DNA of 64,000 nucleotides from Phoronis australis (taxonomy: Eukaryota; Animalia; Phoronida), in the NCBI GenBank assembly GCA_002633005.1, contig NMRA01000180.1, positions 433,955 to 497,954 on the forward strand, given 5' to 3'. The position numbers and the translations under genes are program-made. Shown here in pieces: positions 59,981-64,000 of the stretch. The notes below the pieces were generated by a model that saw nothing but the letters and a program-made list of their open reading frames with translations, searched no databases and was not told the DNA's origin. Numbering within the stretch: position 1 is the stretch's first letter; the number at the start of each line of letters is the position of its first letter.

Positions 59981-62736
59981 GTAAATTCAGGTGTAAATAA
60001 TTATGTTCAACTTCACCATAGTTTGTGGTCTTTTTTCATGACATATTGGTTGAATAGAATCTTATGATTAGTTGGTACTGATAAGTTTGGTGTTTTATTT
60101 TACAGTTGAAATACCTCACAATTTGGTATTTTATTGTCATATACTGTTTGATTGTTTTCGGAATTTTTGATTCATTCTTATTTCAAAAACTAATCTTATT
60201 AATCTGTCAGTCCTGTTTTAAAAATAGTTAAATTAGTTTGAATTTTTACCTATTGTGTTAAAATTCGTCCTGTTCGAGTATTGTTGTGACTGTCCTTATT
60301 TTTGCTTCAGTAAACAATCCATGTAAAGCGTGTTATTTAAGAAGTATTAGAAGAAGTAAATTTTCTATATTTTATTTTGGCTCATTTTATATATGTTAAA
60401 CTAAATGTGTTTTTATATTGGGTAACTGTTAATATCCGAGTTTGTCATGCTGATTAAATATTTTCACAAGGCGATAATAACGTTCACTTAATTTAAAACA
60501 CTTATACTTTGACATATTTATATCAAATATTATTGTTTAAATTCACATTTTTTCTCCAACCCCCTTGCAGTAACTATATGACATGTCTATACCATAACCA
60601 TCGAGGTTATTTCACAGACACCTGACGCGGTTATTGAACGGGTGTATTAAGACGCACTTGGTATAAAATACATTACACTAGTAATTGATGACCTTCATTT
60701 CAATTTTCTCTTGAGAGGGATTTTCAGGATTTTTCAACTAATTACTCTGTTTGTATTGTTATTCTTGTTTTTTTCTTCGTGTTTTCCTATGTGCGAACAT
60801 TTTTGGTAATTTGGATTACTTTATTCACATGCCGTGTGCAACAAAAATATCATTTCAGTAGTCGGTTTCATGAAAAGTGATTTAAGGTAGTGTATAGTAG
60901 TAGGGATGTGAAATATTTAAGTAATTATTAGTCAAGGAAAAACAATACTTTGTTAACATTCGGTTTAAAAATGTATTACTAAGGAAATGGCTTTGTGCGC
61001 TGTGTGCATAGACTGAAAAGGGGTATGATTGATATGTGAACTCTGTTGCAAACCCCTCCTTTGGCCGTCAAAAATAAGTTATACATGGGTTGACTCTGCC
61101 ACTGCCTTGCTTTTTATGCATGACCCACTTTCCAGCATCATTTAGCTGTGAGAAAATTGGGTGCAGTGGCAAAAAGGCTATGAAATTGATGGTTACCAAT
61201 TTATTGCTACGAAACTTTCAGATTCATAGTTGAACATTGTATTTGTCAATCTAAAATTTGCAACTATTAACTATTCTTGGTAAAATTTTGCAAATACCAA
61301 GACAGATAAAATCAATCCTAGTTAAAGAAGGAAAGTGGTTTAAGGCCATTTCACGAAAGGTTGACGTGAAGTGGTTGGCTGATATCATTCATAGCTATCT
61401 TCACCCATGTAGGTGAACAGGTGATCATAGATAATGGAGTCACTGAAACGCTAGTTATTTGTGTGAAATTGAACAAAGGCGACATTGGCAGTGAAAGAGT
61501 GAGCATTAATAAATGTTATTAATATTATTGTTGTTATGCTTGTAATTTATATTTTTTGTAATTATTTATTGTGAGTAATACTAATTTTCTCTTTATCCTT
61601 GTAATCGTTACAATTGTTTTTTTATTAGGAGCACAGTTATTGTCATCATGCTTTATTTGCAGCCAAGGGACACACCATTGGCCAACGAAGCAGAGCTGCA
61701 AGCTTTGTTGCAGAAAGAGAAACAAAGTAACAACAGCTGGAAAAAATTATATGGGGTGAGTTGCATTCACCATGAACTCGTGCTATGATTAGGTAAACTT
61801 AGTTGTGTCCCTACTGCGATTTTAGGCCGGCAAAGTTGGTTGCAAATAGTTTCTACTGTACCTTTGTTAGGCGCTGTTGTTGCAACGCAATAGCCTAAGG
61901 GGTTTGAAGTTCTGGGGCAATGTGCACTCTAATCAAGAATCTTTTCTATGTCTTCAAATAGAATGTTTATCTAGCTTTTCATTTCTATTTGACAGCTGTA
62001 TTGTTGGCTAAAAGAGATAAATATTATGTTATTCCTGTAGTTATCATCCCCTATTTATGTGTGTTCAGGTTAGTATGCTGACAATGTGGTTGGCCAGCTA
62101 AGTGTGAAAAAAGGTGTTTACGCTGGTAGTACCTACACTGAAAAATATTCATGTACTTATTGGACTGGGTTTCAGGTCATTTTCAATGAGCTGTTGAGCA
62201 GGAAATTCCCCAACCTCTAACAAATGAGATTTTAATAAAATTGTGTGTGTTGTTGATATGGAGTGGGATCCAAGCAAATAAGTGTAGTATTATTCCGATA
62301 TGCAGCAGGTATTCACACTCGGTTTGATTTTAGTAAATTCCTGCTCTTGCAGTTTGTGAATTTCGTTTCATTTTTAGATGAATAATTGTTGTTATTAAGG
62401 TTATTTAGGACCCTAGAAAAATATCCAAATTGGGTTAACTTGGGTTACATATCTTAGAAATGGCTGATCAGATTCATATCAAGTTTTCAGATACTATGCT
62501 TTATCCACTGTTCTAAAAAACTTTAAGGAATGGTTTTTAAATTTTTTCATTTAGCCATGCATAGGACTTTTGTGATTTTCATAAATAATTAAATTTGCAT
62601 AAAACAAAAAGGAAGATGAGATTTTAGAAGACTATAACAGCGTTTTTTGAGATTTCACCTTGAACATTATATCAAATGAAATTTGATTGTGCGATTGACG
62701 TTGTATTGCTATCAGTGTACCTCCTAGAATTTGGGA

Positions 62737-62803
62737 TTTAGCTCAGCCATGATAGCATTAGGCTGCGACCATGGAGTGACAGGTTCGAATCTGTGCTGAG
62801 GCT
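62737..62803 (+). mobile_element. Degenerate tRNA-like SINE head
   Basis: TAGCTCAG...GGTTCGAATC. Confidence 0.45.
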
Positions 62804-63475
62804 GAACTGTTGAAATTGTTTTTCTCGCCTTTTAGCCAAAAAAGCATTAGTTGATTCTGCTCTGTGTTTTTTAGAAGTTTTTGAGGTGATTTTTTTTTAT
62901 AAAAAAACATATCAGCAAAAGTGGGCTATTTTTTCCTTTCTGTCATCTCGAAGCAGCTTCAGTGGCGCATTGACGTGACTGTGTGTGTTACTGGTGGGTG
63001 GTATATATGAGCCAGTTGTTATGAGCTACTCTAGTCATGGCTTGTGATGATGCAGTTTGTCAACCAGCAGTGTTTTTAAAAAACGTCAGCTAAAATCATT
63101 GCTATCTTTTTTGTTAAAGTAGTGAGGCGCAGGTTTCTAAGTGTGGACCAGAAGCAACTATGCTTTAAGTTGGCCTTCGTTGTATTATCTATGACTACAA
63201 ATACCTGCGCTTTAACGATGATTTTCCTTAGGTGGATTTGACCTTACACACCCTGACTTGTAAATTGCTATAATAAACATAAAGTTTTGAAATCAGCATA
63301 TTGCAATTCCCAATTCTTTATCGTAACTATGCTGATTGAATTTAGTTTTCAAGTCATCCACAAACACCCAAATTAAGAAACTAGCATCATAGGTTTTAGG
63401 TCAGTCTACTTAACCATACACCAAAATCATTCAGTTTTTTTTTCACTTGTGCACTGGTCTAGGTTGGGCACTGAA

Positions 63476-63966
63476 CAGGCCTTCATCCAGGATTTCGAAA
63501 ATGGGGTGTCCAAAATGAGGTTCCCAATATTCCAGGGCGTCCATAATTCCAACGCGTAACCCCCCATCCCCAGCAATCCCCCCAAATACACAGATTTTTT
63601 TACAAAAAAATGCATAGACCAAGGTTTTTACATCTAAGTTTACAAAACAGCCTTCTGTAGTGAGCATTTTTAATAAAAAATGGGTGTAGACCAAGACTTT
63701 TACAATGCTATCAACCAAGTATGAGCATAGCAACATTGTATATACTTTGTATATACATTGTATATTTCTTCCTGCTTTGAAAAAGAGCCCCCACTGTTAG
63801 CCTTCAGAGGCTTCCTAGTAATCATTGCAATGTGTGTGTCCAAACTTGAAAGGTTCCTATTGACAGTGGGCGTCCAAATGATACATTGGGCGTCCTTGCC
63901 AGGGCCTCCATATTAGTGCTGGGGCGTCTATTTGGACGGCCAGGACCTACGCTGCATGAAGGCCTG
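63476..63966. mobile_element. hAT-type MITE (~490 bp)
   Basis: TIR CAGGCCTTCAT...ATGAAGGCCTG; perfect 8-bp TSD GCACTGAA. Confidence 0.92.
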
Positions 63967-64000
63967 GCACTGAATGAGTGAAAGTTGTTTTTGTTAGGTT

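Overview
Eukaryotic, AT-rich, intron-rich animal DNA. The repeat landscape (tRNA-derived SINEs, hAT/Kolobok/Harbinger-like MITEs) suggests a marine invertebrate such as a mollusc; this is inference. Most ORFs in the supplied track are spurious. (1) Minus strand, 38653 to ~3274: a complete small HERC (HERC3/HERC4-like) E3 ubiquitin ligase. I hand-spliced 25 coding exons with GT-AG junctions and consistent phases, giving 3153 nt / 1050 aa, with an N-terminal RCC1-like domain and a C-terminal HECT domain (catalytic AHTCFN). (2) Plus strand, from ~47417: a divergently oriented gene with a large low-complexity exon and short phase-0 coiled-coil exons, incomplete in this window. Two blocks are near-identically duplicated across N gaps (1-2323 vs 2579-5895; 10930-13136 vs 13138-15470) and are most likely uncollapsed haplotypes. 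The best observation is a pair of paralogous 48-nt exons ([16 protein letters not shown] / [16 protein letters not shown]) encoding the HECT N-lobe 'F-x-G-E-x-x-x-D-x-G-G' loop. They look mutually exclusive. The intron between them can fold into a long stem joining sequence just after the first exon's donor to sequence just before the second exon's acceptor, a candidate RNA-structure steric-exclusion switch on the ligase's catalytic region.
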